This document shows, piece by piece, positions 1-11,638 of a stretch of DNA of 64,000 bases. Position 1 is the stretch's first letter, and each line of letters opens with the position of its first letter. The translations under genes and the position numbers were made by a program. This DNA is from Oopsacas minuta. Its lineage: Eukaryota; Animalia; Porifera. The DNA is taken from contig JAKMXF010000319.1 in assembly GCA_024704765.1 (NCBI GenBank), positions 285,791-349,790 on the forward strand, in the 5' to 3' direction. Under the pieces are notes generated by a model. That model did not search any database and was not told the origin of the DNA. It saw only the letters and a program-made list of their open reading frames with translations.

Positions 1-698
1 TCCTGAAAGAGGTTGTAAAGGACCATGACTTACATAATGCTTAAATATTATGTAATCTTTAGGGGGATCTTCACATGGATCTCTAGACTCAAATTCGATG
101 CAGTTGCATCTTCTTAATCTCTCCATTTGATAAACAAATAAATTTAATCTAATAAAACAATTTGGGAATACCAATGCATAATATAATAGATAAGTAATTT
201 AATGGTAAATCATAATTTATTCCAGTTCCCAGTACTTGGTTGAAATAGGAACACTACTAAAGGCCGGACAAAAACGTTAGTTCACAATAGGAAGGGGGGG
301 GCAAGTGCCCCCCTTGCCCCCCCATGGCTACGCCACTGAGTGGGACCCCGAAATACGGTCACCTACGGGACCGAGAAAAATGGCCGTAATTTCGGGGTGG
401 CCGTTAAGCGGGGTTCCACTGTATCTGTTTAGTATTCATTCACCAAAACAACAACATATACACATACGTTTGATAAATTCAAAAGTGTGAAAATAAGATT
501 AATCCGGGCATTGGATTTTTCCGGCACAGACTGTGATTTGAGAATTTTTGAACTCATTTTACCGTTGTTTTCCGATCTAATTAGGCTTTACATACATAGA
601 ACATAGCATAGAATTGTTGATGTTATTTATTGATTTATTTATACTCAAAGTGAATGAAGTAACACAAAGGAAGAATTATTCAAAACCTCGATTAAAAC

Positions 699-2642
699 AT
701 GTCTCAGACGGAGAAAGTACTCTATAAAGATATTTCAGAAGTACAATTAGACACTTTGGCCAATTCTCATTTGGAAGAAATTCATGATGAAACTGACCTT
801 ATGGAGTACTATGACGGGAAATGTGGTTTATTTAGATTTACACCGAGATGGCTGCAGTTTTTCAACCATCCCAAAGTGTTTTTAATATCTATGAGTTTAT
901 TTATTGGTTTCCAGGGAACCATATCTACTGGGTTTATTGCAGTTGGTCTGTCTAGTATAGAAAAACGCTACGACCTAACGAGTGCGTTATCAGCTGTTGC
1001 AGCAGCCTCGTTTGAAATAGGGGTGATACTGTTCATTCTGTTCACGAGTTATTTCGGAGGGAGGAGTCATAAACCACGAGTACTGGGAGTATCCATGTTT
1101 GTTATGGGTATCGGCTCACTGATATTTGCATCACCTCATTATTTCAGTGGAGAATACAAGTTCAATAAGACTTCAACAGAGTTATGCACCGGCAATTCTA
1201 CATATGAACGTTCATGCACGGATCCACTCTACTTCTTCTATCCGCTATTTATAATAGGTAATATGATAATCGGGTGTGGTGTCAGTACTTTGTATACAGT
1301 AGGTTTAGGATTTATTGATGACAGTACACATCCAAGGTTTTCCCCTATTTACCTAAGTATTGTGGTTATTGTTGGCATATTTGGACATATCGCGGGTTTC
1401 GGATTGGGAGGAGTATTCCTGTCTATTTTTGTAAACCCTCTCACGCCCACAACTCTCACTAGTGATGACCCCCAGTGGGTAGGAGCTTGGTGGTTGGGAT
1501 TTGTGCTAACAGGGATACTCAGTATTATTTGTTCTATTCAATTTTTTCTATACCCCAGACGTTTGAAAGGGTCCAGAGAATATGACAAGCTGAGGAAAGA
1601 ACAACAACCTATTGAGGACCAAGGAGTATCATTTCAGGACGATCACAACATCTCAATTCTCATAATGATAAAAGAATACCCTGTGTATGCTTGGCGTATC
1701 ATAAAGAATCCTACATTCATATTTGTCACATTTGGGATATCTTCCGCTTCATTTGTGATTCAAGGAATGGTGACCTTTCTTCCGAAATATTTTGAGATCC
1801 AATATTCAGTCAGTGCAAGTTTGGCTTCTTATATAATAGGGGCAGTCACCATCCCAGCTGCTGCCTTTGGACTGCTGCTTGGTGGGATAACATTGAGCTT
1901 TTTCAAAAGGTTATCAGTAGAACGATTGGCTCTGTGTGTTTTCCTGCTGACACTGATTGAAATTCTCGCTCCTCCTCTATTTCTAATTGGCTGTAGCACC
2001 AATGAGATCGCTGGAGTCAGTGTAAATTATCAGAACTCCACAGCTAGAACGGATTACCAAATTAATACATTGAATGTGAGTTGTTTCTCATATTGCGGTT
2101 GTGAGGGCACCGATTATCTGCCTGTCTGTTCAGAGAGAGTCACATACTTCTCTCCTTGTCTTACCGGGTGCCCTAATGCGATTGACGATGATGGATATTA
2201 TTCAAACTGTTCCTGTCTCAACAGAAATGTCCAAGCTAAAACTGGAAAGTGTACAGATGATTGTACTATTGAGATTGCTATATCATCTATTTTGTTTTTC
2301 CTCGCAGTAACACTTATCTTCTATAACAATATTCCATTCGTAAAGCTCACTCTCAGATGTGTAGCTGATAAAGATCGAACTATTGCTTTGGGAATACAAT
2401 CGTTTGTATTTCGCCTTTTGGGACAATTACCTGGACCTATTATTGTTGGGACAATTTTCGATTTGAACTGCATTCTTTGGGATGAAACGGACTGTGGAAA
2501 TCGTGGAGCATGTTTAGAGTATGACAGTGTATCTTTAAAGTACTCTGTGGTAGCACTCGTATTTGTTGGAACAACCTTATCAAGTTTCTTCTTTTTTCTC
2601 GCTTGGATCGTCTGGAAATGCAAAAAGATACCAGAAAAATAG
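699..2642 (+). CDS. SLCO: Organic anion transporting polypeptide (OATP/SLCO family, MFS), single exon, 647 aa
   Basis: OATP motifs (SSIEKRYDL, SYFGGRSHKPR, DDPQWVGAWWLGF, FLPKYFEIQY), about 12 hydrophobic segments and a Kazal-like Cys loop (CSERVTYFSPCLTGC). Subfamily not assignable. Confidence 0.95.
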   Translation: MSQTEKVLYKDISEVQLDTLANSHLEEIHDETDLMEYYDGKCGLFRFTPRWLQFFNHPKVFLISMSLFIGFQGTISTGFIAVGLSSIEKRYDLTSALSAVAAASFEIGVILFILFTSYFGGRSHKPRVLGVSMFVMGIGSLIFASPHYFSGEYKFNKTSTELCTGNSTYERSCTDPLYFFYPLFIIGNMIIGCGVSTLYTVGLGFIDDSTHPRFSPIYLSIVVIVGIFGHIAGFGLGGVFLSIFVNPLTPTTLTSDDPQWVGAWWLGFVLTGILSIICSIQFFLYPRRLKGSREYDKLRKEQQPIEDQGVSFQDDHNISILIMIKEYPVYAWRIIKNPTFIFVTFGISSASFVIQGMVTFLPKYFEIQYSVSASLASYIIGAVTIPAAAFGLLLGGITLSFFKRLSVERLALCVFLLTLIEILAPPLFLIGCSTNEIAGVSVNYQNSTARTDYQINTLNVSCFSYCGCEGTDYLPVCSERVTYFSPCLTGCPNAIDDDGYYSNCSCLNRNVQAKTGKCTDDCTIEIAISSILFFLAVTLIFYNNIPFVKLTLRCVADKDRTIALGIQSFVFRLLGQLPGPIIVGTIFDLNCILWDETDCGNRGACLEYDSVSLKYSVVALVFVGTTLSSFFFFLAWIVWKCKKIPEK

Positions 2643-2787
2643 TAACTATCCTATTATATCATAATTTTCAACACTATATTATTTTTGGACCTTATTCTTT
2701 TCATATTTATACTAAATATTTTCATCTGTATTATTATTCAACTGATTGCCAATAGCTTTAGAACGTATATCCTCGTTACGCAGTATC

Positions 2788-3068
2788 CAGGGGCGGATTA
2801 GCCCGGCGAGACACTGGGAAGTTCCCTGTGGGCCGGTTTGATTGGGGTCGTAGTGTTTGCAGCGACCCTAACAGGGGATTTTTGTTTTTAAATCTCCACG
2901 TGAGTCCTAGTGTTTGTTTCACCCATACTTGACAAACTTTGCCAAACATACCCCAGAACAAAATCCAGAAATGTCCAGGATTTTGTAAAAAACCATCTGG
3001 TTACCCTAGCTATGGGCCGTTATTGAGAGCTTTTTCCAGGGCTGCAGCGAGACGCTAATCCGCCCCTG
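2788..3068. mobile_element. hAT-type MITE (281 bp)
   Basis: Terminal inverted repeats caggggcggattagc / gctaatccgcccctg; no clear 8-bp TSD. Confidence 0.65.
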
Positions 3069-3165
3069 TCCATGTACCATGGGATTCATGGCAATTCTTT
3101 TATAATTTGTAGGGTAAACTCTCATTGTAGAGAAGTGGTCGTGACTTCAGTTTCATTTCTATATA

Positions 3166-3345
3166 CAGTAGAACCTCGTTAATACGTACACCAAGGGATC
3201 GTAAAGATTTGTACTCATCCGGAGTACGTATTAACAGGAGTAAAAACAATTGAATTTCCATTGTACAGACTAAAATTGTGTAAAATTCTGTTCGTCTTAA
3301 CCGGAAATTCGTATTAAATGTGTTCGTATTAACGAAGTTTCACTG
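3166..3345. mobile_element. pogo/Tigger-type MITE (180 bp)
   Basis: TA-flanked TIRs cagtagaacctcgttaatacg / cgtattaacgaagtttcactg. Confidence 0.8.
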
Positions 3346-4099
3346 TACGTGATATTTTATTGTAAGCGAAGTAAAATCGATAATTTTCCAGAACACTTCG
3401 TTATAACAGGAGTCTAATATATATATTTGTGAGAATCGGATTCAGCGAATTCAATAATTTGATCCAGTTCTATTCAATTATATTTATTTCGCCATAATTG
3501 CCAAGTCTCACTTTTCCTAAGTGAGACTCACGTATTTTAACACAATCTCACTGTCATTTTTACCTTCTCACTTTAGAATTCCTGAGGAAATGGAAATTAA
3601 TATAGTATAGTAATTCAATGAATACACTCAGGGGCGGTACACCGGTGCGGCGTCGACGTTGCGGTTGGTTAAAGTGCACACTGAACATCTAAACGGTGCT
3701 TAAGACTTGAGTTACTTTACTTTTTTCGCCTTTAGGGGTGCGTCATCAACACCTTGTCATTTTTTCTCTCATTTTTAAAATTTTCAGGTTATCCTCAGAC
3801 AAGTGTGCTTCATTATTCCATCAAAATAGTAATCTAGTGTTATACATTTTCGCAATCTACAGCAACCATAGTAATTATTTGGAATTTATAATCCATGGTA
3901 TATGCGTATAGCGTATCGAAATGAGACAATATGAACCAGAATTGTTTAGATACCGTATTGTGCACATGTCTTACGAATTTTATCAGTTTGCATTCACTAA
4001 ATTCGCCGTTTTGTACTAAAAGCTGATTATGTCCATCTGTAATTATGACGTCATAATTCACACTTTTTATTATTCCTTGAAGTTAAAAATACGTCACCA

Positions 4100-4248
4100 C
4101 AGGGCCGTAGGAGCCGGTGCGGCAGGTGCGGTGCTCGCCGCACTAATAATTCAGAATTTCTATTATTATTTATGGTCAGATGTGATGAATGCCGCTCCAA
4201 TACAATGTACCTCGCCGTACCAATAATTCTTTGCTTCCTACGACCCTG
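4100..4248. mobile_element. hAT-like MITE (149 bp)
   Basis: TIRs cagggccgtaggagc / gcttcctacgaccctg, with cacca repeated directly on both sides. Confidence 0.6.
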
Positions 4249-5649
4249 CACCATATTGGGGCACATTTAGTTATCATTGTGGCAAGTATTCGTCCATTTC
4301 GGGAAATATACACTGCCAAAACCTCGAAAATATCAGTAATATTATATAGGAATCCGAAAAAGCACAAGGATATACTATAGACAAGCACAACACACAGTAA
4401 ATGAAACCTTTGTACATAGGAATTACGCGTGAACAAGTATTTAAGAACATTCCTAACGGTTGGCAAAAACTATAATCGAGCAGAAAACCCGAGTTTATGC
4501 CCTTGTATTATTGTTTCAAAGAATCAATCTTTGGAATCGTTCTTCTAAATATTGTATAATTGCACGAACCGTTGAACTTTGTTACACTTGCGTACGAAAA
4601 CTGTTTGAATGAGTGGCGTAAAATTCTGAGATTTTTCTAGATCGTATTAATTAATGAGAATACAGGCCAAATCCAATTGATATAATATTCCTCATAAATA
4701 TATATATTTAGCATAAAACGTGAAGAATTTGGTAGTAAAATTCGAAATCCGCAAAAAATACAACAAACCTGTCAAAAATGGAGAAAGGCGATCGTACACG
4801 AGTTAGTTTATACTGTACTATAATCGTATGAATAATAAACTTGATCATCGTGAGCAAAACTATAACAAATTGATGTACATATTACTACTAATTCACCACT
4901 AACAACTATGCAAGTATTCTATATATAATTCAAGTAACGTTACTGTTGCTTATATCATCAATGGAATGGAAACGCAGAATTTGTCCTACACTGTATTGAA
5001 GCAGGGGATATGAGCATTTAATACACTAATTGGATAGGTGTTGTGGCTTTTCATGGCATTATCGTTGAACCTTGGCCTTGAGAGTTGGCTGGAAGTTTCC
5101 TTGACCCCCACCTACGTGTTGTGAGTGCGTTTGTAACTCACTAAGAAGGTGATTGGATTGGTATTTATTTGGATTATCTAACTGGAATGCTTTACCCGAG
5201 AATATTAGCATTTGGGTACATTAGTAGGACAAATTCCTATCTATATATTGATGTAGGACAAAATCCTTTTAAACTCATTGTAAGACAATTTCCGGCTACC
5301 CAATGGAATCTATTGCTTAGAACAACCCTTGCTTCCAACCAATGAATAGCATGAAATGATAAACACAACACAGCTGAATTTAGCCATTATTATGGGTTCC
5401 TAGTCGCAGTCAAACATACAACTGACTGATTAAATCCCTCTTCATCAGTGGGGGTATATTCTGTAAGGGGAACTCCTTGTATCCCCGATGTGTCCCATCA
5501 ACCTTTACGATTAGAGTGTCGTTTTGACATCAGCTGTTTTAATTTCTGGTTTTTCGCAGTCATATTTGTGCCTTTTAATGAAAAGTTATTTTGACATTAG
5601 CCTGATTAGATATTTTATCGATATGGGTTTATATGTAAGATCGTATTGT

Positions 5650-6240
5650 AGTATCACAAACTGAATCTTAATCCATGCGACATCCTAATCAATATGGATA
5701 ACACCTAACGTTATATTCCTATATAAGCTACCAGAACTACCAATGATAAAGCGAGTAGGTCAGGTAGGATCTGGTAGTGAAGAGTTCAATCATCCTAGAC
5801 AACCCGCCATTTCTCCCTATCAACATCTATATGTGCCAGATTATATTAACAACAGACTCCGAATCCTGACAACTAATCTGGTATTCAATGACTCGTTACA
5901 CCACGAAACCATGACTGCACCTGTTGATCTAAAGTTCACAAACGATGAAATGTTTGTGTTGAGCTCTAAAGACACTGTGTGTATACATGTGTTTACTCTT
6001 TCAGGAGAGAAGCCCCGCTCCTTACTTACCGGAGGAATAGGAAAGCAAGTTGGAGAGCATGGTTCATGACAACATTATGATTAGAGACTTCTCAGCTCAC
6101 AAAATTAAAGTATTCTCCTCAGAAGGAGACCTCCTACACACGATAGGACAGAGAGAGGACATGAAGCTTCAATGTTTAACTACCCTAATAAAACTGATTT
6201 GTGTGTTTCTGAAAACGTAAATTTCGGTTTACAAATATTT
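5650..6240 (+). pseudogene. Degenerate NHL-repeat gene fragment of a subfamily distinct from the six-copy array
   Basis: IFLYKLPELPMIKRVGQVGSGSEEFNHPRQ..HLYVPDYINNRLRIL..MTAPVDLKF; then a deletion/stop; then NIMIRDFSAHKIKVFSSEGDLLHTIG in another frame. Confidence 0.75.
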
Positions 6241-6412
6241 TCTGCTTTATTTCACTTTTTCTACATACCAAAAATTGTATTTTGAAATTCAATATTATAC
6301 ATTTAGATTTACTGATTACATAGCTGTGACCTTAGTGAATATTTGTACAAAGGGGACAAGGACAGAGGGTAGATAATTCGCGAATTCACCAAATTCGTAT
6401 TCGCACTGCAAC

Positions 6413-6460
6413 GATATACACATAGTGATACACATAGTGATACACATAGTGATACACATG
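6413..6460. repeat. 12-bp minisatellite (gatacacatagt) x about 4
   Basis: Direct reading of the sequence. Confidence 0.85.
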
Positions 6461-6527
6461 TACATCTACCTATCTGTCTATACTAGTAAAACGCATTTAA
6501 TCTATATATTTGTATGTGTATGTATGT

Positions 6528-7056
6528 ATAGACGAGCCTTTGGCTCGTCGCTTCGCGATGAACTCGGCGCATTGCGCCTCGAGGTATCCATTATTCTCCG
6601 AATTAACCCTTTGAGTATTACAATATGCTTACTTACCCCTGTGTAGCCGTTTAGAGCAAGCCTGTATGTATATTTTGAGATTACGATAATTTGTTCAGTT
6701 TATATTCATAAAAACAACTATAGATTTACATATGAGAAACTTGAAAATGCGAAATTCGGATTTAGCGTACTTAGTTACCCCTAGGTAGCCATTTAGAGCA
6801 AGCCTGGACGTATATTTTGAGATTTGGATAATTTGTTTACCTTATCTTCATAAAAACAACAACAAATTTACATATGATTAATCCAAAAGTGTGAAAATCG
6901 GGTTCAGCATGTTCGATATATTTAGTGAAGTTTTACTAAATTCTATTTACTTCCTTGATAAACACGATAAATACATAGTTATGCAATTGCATACCGTAAA
7001 TCCTTCCTTGACAACGGACAAACATACAAACAACACTTGAGATTTAATAATATAGA
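6528..7056 (-). mobile_element. Non-autonomous Helitron-like element
   Basis: Minus-strand 5' end a|tctatattattaaa..tgtttgtatgtttgtccg; 3' hairpin gacgagccaaaggctcgtc followed by ta; internal tandem duplication of about 140 bp; related copies at about 59270-59620 (+) and 43995-44050. Confidence 0.6.
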
Positions 7057-7933
7057 TATATATATGTTTGTATGTCTAGAATTGATTGAAGAAACTGGAG
7101 GACCCTCAGGGCTGATTTTTGGATACAGGGGTATTTCTGGCCTGGCTCGGAAAATTTCATAATTTCTTAATACCCGAGGCACCAAGTGCCGAGATTACTA
7201 ACCAAGAGCGGCATAGCATCTCGAGTGTCACCAGCGAAGGCAATTGAATGTAATTTGGATGGACCATGGATAATAAAATCTTAAAATTTTAACTATTCTG
7301 TGAAGGGGTCGCGTCGTTAGTCCAAATATCAAAATCGGCATTAGTCCAAATTTTTGGTGATGTTTGCGTGAGTTGGATCTGGAGCAGGCTGTGAGTTGCT
7401 GAGAGTATTTAGAGCTCATGTTGGAAAGTTCTAGAATTGGCATTTTCATGGATTATCTAGCTAGATTGGCTTGAGCTGAGAAGATGAGTATTTTAGTAGA
7501 CTATTTGGATAACTGGTGTGGTGTTTGATTGGATTCGAGTTGGATCTGGAGCAGGCTGAGAATATTTAGATTCAAAACAACAAAAGTACATGACTATATT
7601 CCTCGCGACGAAATTTCCCCATGATTACACGTATTCGATCACCAAAAATTGGGACTAATGCCGATTTTGATATTTTGACTAACGCTTGCGCCCCTCTGAT
7701 TCGATGCACGTTGTGCCGAGTATACAGACTACAATAAAATGGGACAGTTAGCGGGACGTCCCGCTTTTTCGGACATGTGTTGCGGTCCACTATGGCTAAG
7801 TCCCGCCAAAACTTGCACAAACCCTTCATTTGTCCCAATTTTTTGTAGTCCAGTATAATACAAATATGCTACGTCCCGCGATGTCCCGCTAAATTACCTC
7901 CTTCCATTCCGCTTTTATTTCAATCTAGCATAA

Positions 7934-8554
7934 ATGAATACTATCAGTTTGGATGACGATAGGGAGGGACCTCAAGATACAGGACCTTCATCACTCGTAC
8001 CCTCCCGGATAACTTCGTTATACCGGCGTTATCAACACACATTAGACTCAACAGTACCACACCGTTTACTACGCTGGTGTTCTCTTATAGTTATAACCAC
8101 CATCTATGCTCTTAGGATCCTATACATACAGGGATGGCATATAGTCAGCTATGCACTTGCTATATACCTATTGAATCTATTTATTTTGTTTCTCTCACCA
8201 AAGATAGACCCTGGGATGGATGAGTGGGATTTAGAAGATGAGTGGGGAGAGTCAGAAGCTCCACAGCTACCAATCACATCTAATCAAGAGTTCCGTCCGT
8301 TTATCCGTCGATTACCAGAGTTCAAATTCTGGCTCTCGTCTATCAAAGCTTTTCTAATAGCTTTCATTTGTACTTTTTTCTCTATCTTCAATATACCTGT
8401 ATTCTGGCCAATTCTAGTGATATATTTTATCATCCTATTCGCACTGACAATGAAGCGACAGATTCGTCACATGATAAGATACAGATATTTGCCTTTTACA
8501 CATGGTAAAGCTGTCTATAAAGGTAAAGAAGAGAAGAGAGCAGCAACAAACTAA
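7934..8554 (+). CDS. RER1: Protein RER1 (Golgi-to-ER retrieval receptor), single exon
   Basis: YQHTLDSTVPH, QGWHIVSYALAIYLLNLFILFLSPKIDP, EFRPFIRRLPEFKFW, FNIPVFWPIL, MKRQIRHMIRYRYLPF are the RER1 signature. Confidence 0.97.
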   Translation: MNTISLDDDREGPQDTGPSSLVPSRITSLYRRYQHTLDSTVPHRLLRWCSLIVITTIYALRILYIQGWHIVSYALAIYLLNLFILFLSPKIDPGMDEWDLEDEWGESEAPQLPITSNQEFRPFIRRLPEFKFWLSSIKAFLIAFICTFFSIFNIPVFWPILVIYFIILFALTMKRQIRHMIRYRYLPFTHGKAVYKGKEEKRAATN

Positions 8555-9167
8555 CCACTTCATATTCATCAGTATATCTGCTCCAATCTAAAATATCAGT
8601 ATGATTTGACTAATATATTGTTTGTGTTGACATTATTGACATTAGCTGTCTTTTAGCTTCCACTCAGGTTAATTAATTTTAGGTAATTGTACTTGGCAGC
8701 TGATTTGTATTATTTAATGTATATACATGTAATTTAGTTCAAATTCAATAATATATACTCTCTCTATCATCTGCAATGATAGTAATTACTTAAGATTGCA
8801 TAGTACTTACAGTAGAACTCGGCAGAAGACGGACACTCGGTTAGTACTTACTTTTCTCCCAAACAGATACGACATGTCCCTAACACCAATGTAGCGAGTA
8901 TTGGGGTCAACGCAAATTAGCGTGATTGTCGCGCGAAGCGCTGTCCCAAGCATTGAGGACTTGATTTCGATTTTGGCAATGTGATAACACTCGTACTGTG
9001 CCGTGGCTAAAATATGGGACGTAAGGTTATGGTAGCCTCCTAAATATATCACCCAAAGTGTATAACTTTATGCTTCATGCATTCTATGCTATTCCTACTA
9101 TCGATATCTTAGAGGAGAAATATTCAGAGGATATTATTGAGAATTATCAAATTGAACAGACAAAGAA

Positions 9168-10439
9168 ATGGCTAACGTAGAAGTGAAAAGAAAGTTTATC
9201 GAACAAGTAAAAGAGAGTAGAAGTAAGATTAGAGACTGCTTCAAGAAGTCACATGAAGCTCTACAACTCAGAGAGAGTATCCTCCTCTCTCGTATTGATG
9301 AAATCGAGAAAGAGTATAATATCAAAAATGAAGAAATGCAGGAGTTATTGGAAGCTTTGGATAAATCAAAATCGTTAATTGCAAACACTCTGACTTCTAA
9401 TAAACTTAAAGCCACTCATCGAGGACTAGAATCACTAATAAATAAACAGTTCGAGGAACTATCAGCTGATACAGACAATAACATTGAGTTTGAATGGAAC
9501 AACCAATTCGAAGCTGACATACAACAGCTAGGGAGTATTATGCTTAACGGTCAGACTAACAAACCTCCCACTCACACCTTCCCTCCTCATGTAAAGCCTG
9601 TTGTACCTGACTACAAGGCTAAACAGCTGCCTACTGCTTACTATTGTAAGAAATCTACAGACAAGAAAGCTCCAGGAGAACTGAACTATCCCACAGGTAT
9701 AGCAATACATTACCAGACTGGAAATATTTACATAGCGGATTGTAGCAACCATCGTGTGCAAGTATTTAGCAATAATGGACACTATCTCTTCATGTTCAGT
9801 GAGAAGATGAACAACCCAATAGGTATCTGTATAACTCAGAATATGGTGTTTGTTACACAATATAGTGGTAATTGCATTAATAAGTACGAGCTAGAAGGGA
9901 AACTAATCAAGAGTGTTGGCAGGAATGGGAGTGGGGAAGCTCAGTTCTACAGTCCACGAGGTCTAGATGTCTCTGATAGAAACAACAATGTGTATGTATG
10001 TGATTCCAGTAATAAAAGAGTTCAAATCTTAACTCAAGAACTCCAGTTCCATTCCATGCTAGGAAGAGATTTGTTTAAGTATCCACTAGACGTTAAGGTT
10101 ACAACAGACAAAGTATTGGTGCTAGATAGCAGTGATCCGTGTATGTTTGTGTTTACTTCTGATCACGTTCTAACCAACAAACTGATAACTAGAGGTGATG
10201 GCAAACAAACAACCCATCCAAACTGTTTCGACATAGACAGATACTATAACATCATTATGAGTGACTACGATAATCACTGTGTGTACGTATTCAATCGGGA
10301 GGGAGAACAGATACACAAGTTTGGGAAGAAAGGTCAGGGTATCGGGGAGTTCATTAATCCCTGTGGAATAGCATTAGACAACACAGGACACATTATAGTT
10401 GTGTGTGATAAGAATACTAATTGTCTCCAATTCTTCTAA
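9168..10439 (+). CDS. Coiled-coil + six-blade NHL-repeat protein (TRIM71/Brat-like propeller, no RING/B-box), array copy 1
   Basis: Intact 423-aa ORF; N-terminal heptad-rich helix; repeats LNYPTGIAI..IYIADCSNHRVQVF, QFYSPRGLDV..VYVCD..NKRVQIL, EFINPCGIALD. Confidence 0.92.
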   Translation: MANVEVKRKFIEQVKESRSKIRDCFKKSHEALQLRESILLSRIDEIEKEYNIKNEEMQELLEALDKSKSLIANTLTSNKLKATHRGLESLINKQFEELSADTDNNIEFEWNNQFEADIQQLGSIMLNGQTNKPPTHTFPPHVKPVVPDYKAKQLPTAYYCKKSTDKKAPGELNYPTGIAIHYQTGNIYIADCSNHRVQVFSNNGHYLFMFSEKMNNPIGICITQNMVFVTQYSGNCINKYELEGKLIKSVGRNGSGEAQFYSPRGLDVSDRNNNVYVCDSSNKRVQILTQELQFHSMLGRDLFKYPLDVKVTTDKVLVLDSSDPCMFVFTSDHVLTNKLITRGDGKQTTHPNCFDIDRYYNIIMSDYDNHCVYVFNREGEQIHKFGKKGQGIGEFINPCGIALDNTGHIIVVCDKNTNCLQFF

Positions 10440-10997
10440 CTGACTGAAGAATTGTTTATAATTTGTACTAATTAGTGAAATAGTTTATTGTTTATCATTT
10501 TGTTTACTTTATTGATAATGATTATTTCCAGTTTTGTATATTTTATCTTATCTAAAGTGAAAGTTAATTGTGTTAAGGAAAAATGACATAAAAATAGGTT
10601 AAGATTGTCGGTACAGGTTCTAATTTTAGATTTTTTGGGTTAAGATATTCTTTAGTTTGGCATTGGCTATGGTTTTGGTATTTCAATTTCCTATTCATTT
10701 ACTTGTCTATCTAGTATCTAACTTGGAGAAATTGTAGCTTGCATTACTTTCAATTACACACAATTGATGGAATTATACACTCCCTCCCTATGAGGCTATG
10801 ACACGCATTTGTAATACAAATATGATACTTTGATTACTACCCCCTTTGGATTCAAGACATTATCAAATGTTTTGACAATACGTAGTATCTGATTGCTGTA
10901 GAACTTGTATAAGACGCACCCCCTTGGGAAAACCAATTTAGTTGTTACTATATGAGTTGCACTCCATTTAGTTAATTCCCTGCTCCAGCTCAATGTA

Positions 10998-11638
10998 CAG
11001 TGAAACTTTCTGACGACCCGATTGTGGATTTCAGTGTGGTATTGTGTCAAAATCACCATTTTCCCGTATATATGTAGTTCATATTATGTCTTACTATTGT
11101 TTCGTATTGCTAGTCACACTGTAGCGTTAAAATATTTCATTCTGCTACATATTGCTTATCCTGAACACCACGTCATCACTGCAAGGGCTGCCACCCAGGC
11201 TCTCCTCGACCTGGAGATATTCTTTCAGGATCAGGGGAAGCAGGTCGACGCTGAGTGGTGCGCAGTACACGCTCACGAGGTCAGAAAGGTGACAGAAAAG
11301 CTTCAGAAGCAGACAAAGATTAGCCAATTCTTCTCCCAATATTAGTGTAGGTTCTGTGTAGCACATATTTCCCCTCAGAGGCGGATTGAGTTGATTTCTT
11401 GTTCACTTACGTAGCATTTATATTGTTTTATATTCGATAGTTATTGCGAAAATACAAATTTATTGAGTTGATTTTAGTATTGATGTCCCCATTGCTTAGG
11501 GGATTTTAGTATTATTTCTATGCGAGCTGAGAGGATTAGATTTTCAGGGTTTGCCCCGATTCTCCGATTCTAGAGGTTCATTTGTATGGGAAAATATTTT
11601 CATGAGCTTCAAGTGCCCCGATTCTAGAGGTTTCTCTG
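10998..11638 (+). mobile_element. pogo/Tigger-derived MITE retaining the transposase C-terminal tail, unit 1
   Basis: TA|cagtgaaac ... gtgccccgattctagaggtttctctg|TA; encodes remnant ..KLQKQTKISQFF (PIP-box like). Confidence 0.7.

Noticed and set aside
305-490. Short ORFs in intergenic DNA (here and at 2776-4466, 50039-50802, 53862-54765)
   Set aside because: They overlap MITE termini or AT-rich DNA and lack recognisable motifs.
7228-7560. Duplicated gagttggatctggagcaggctg motif and short minus-strand ORF
   Set aside because: Degenerate, with stops in all plausible frames; no family recognised.
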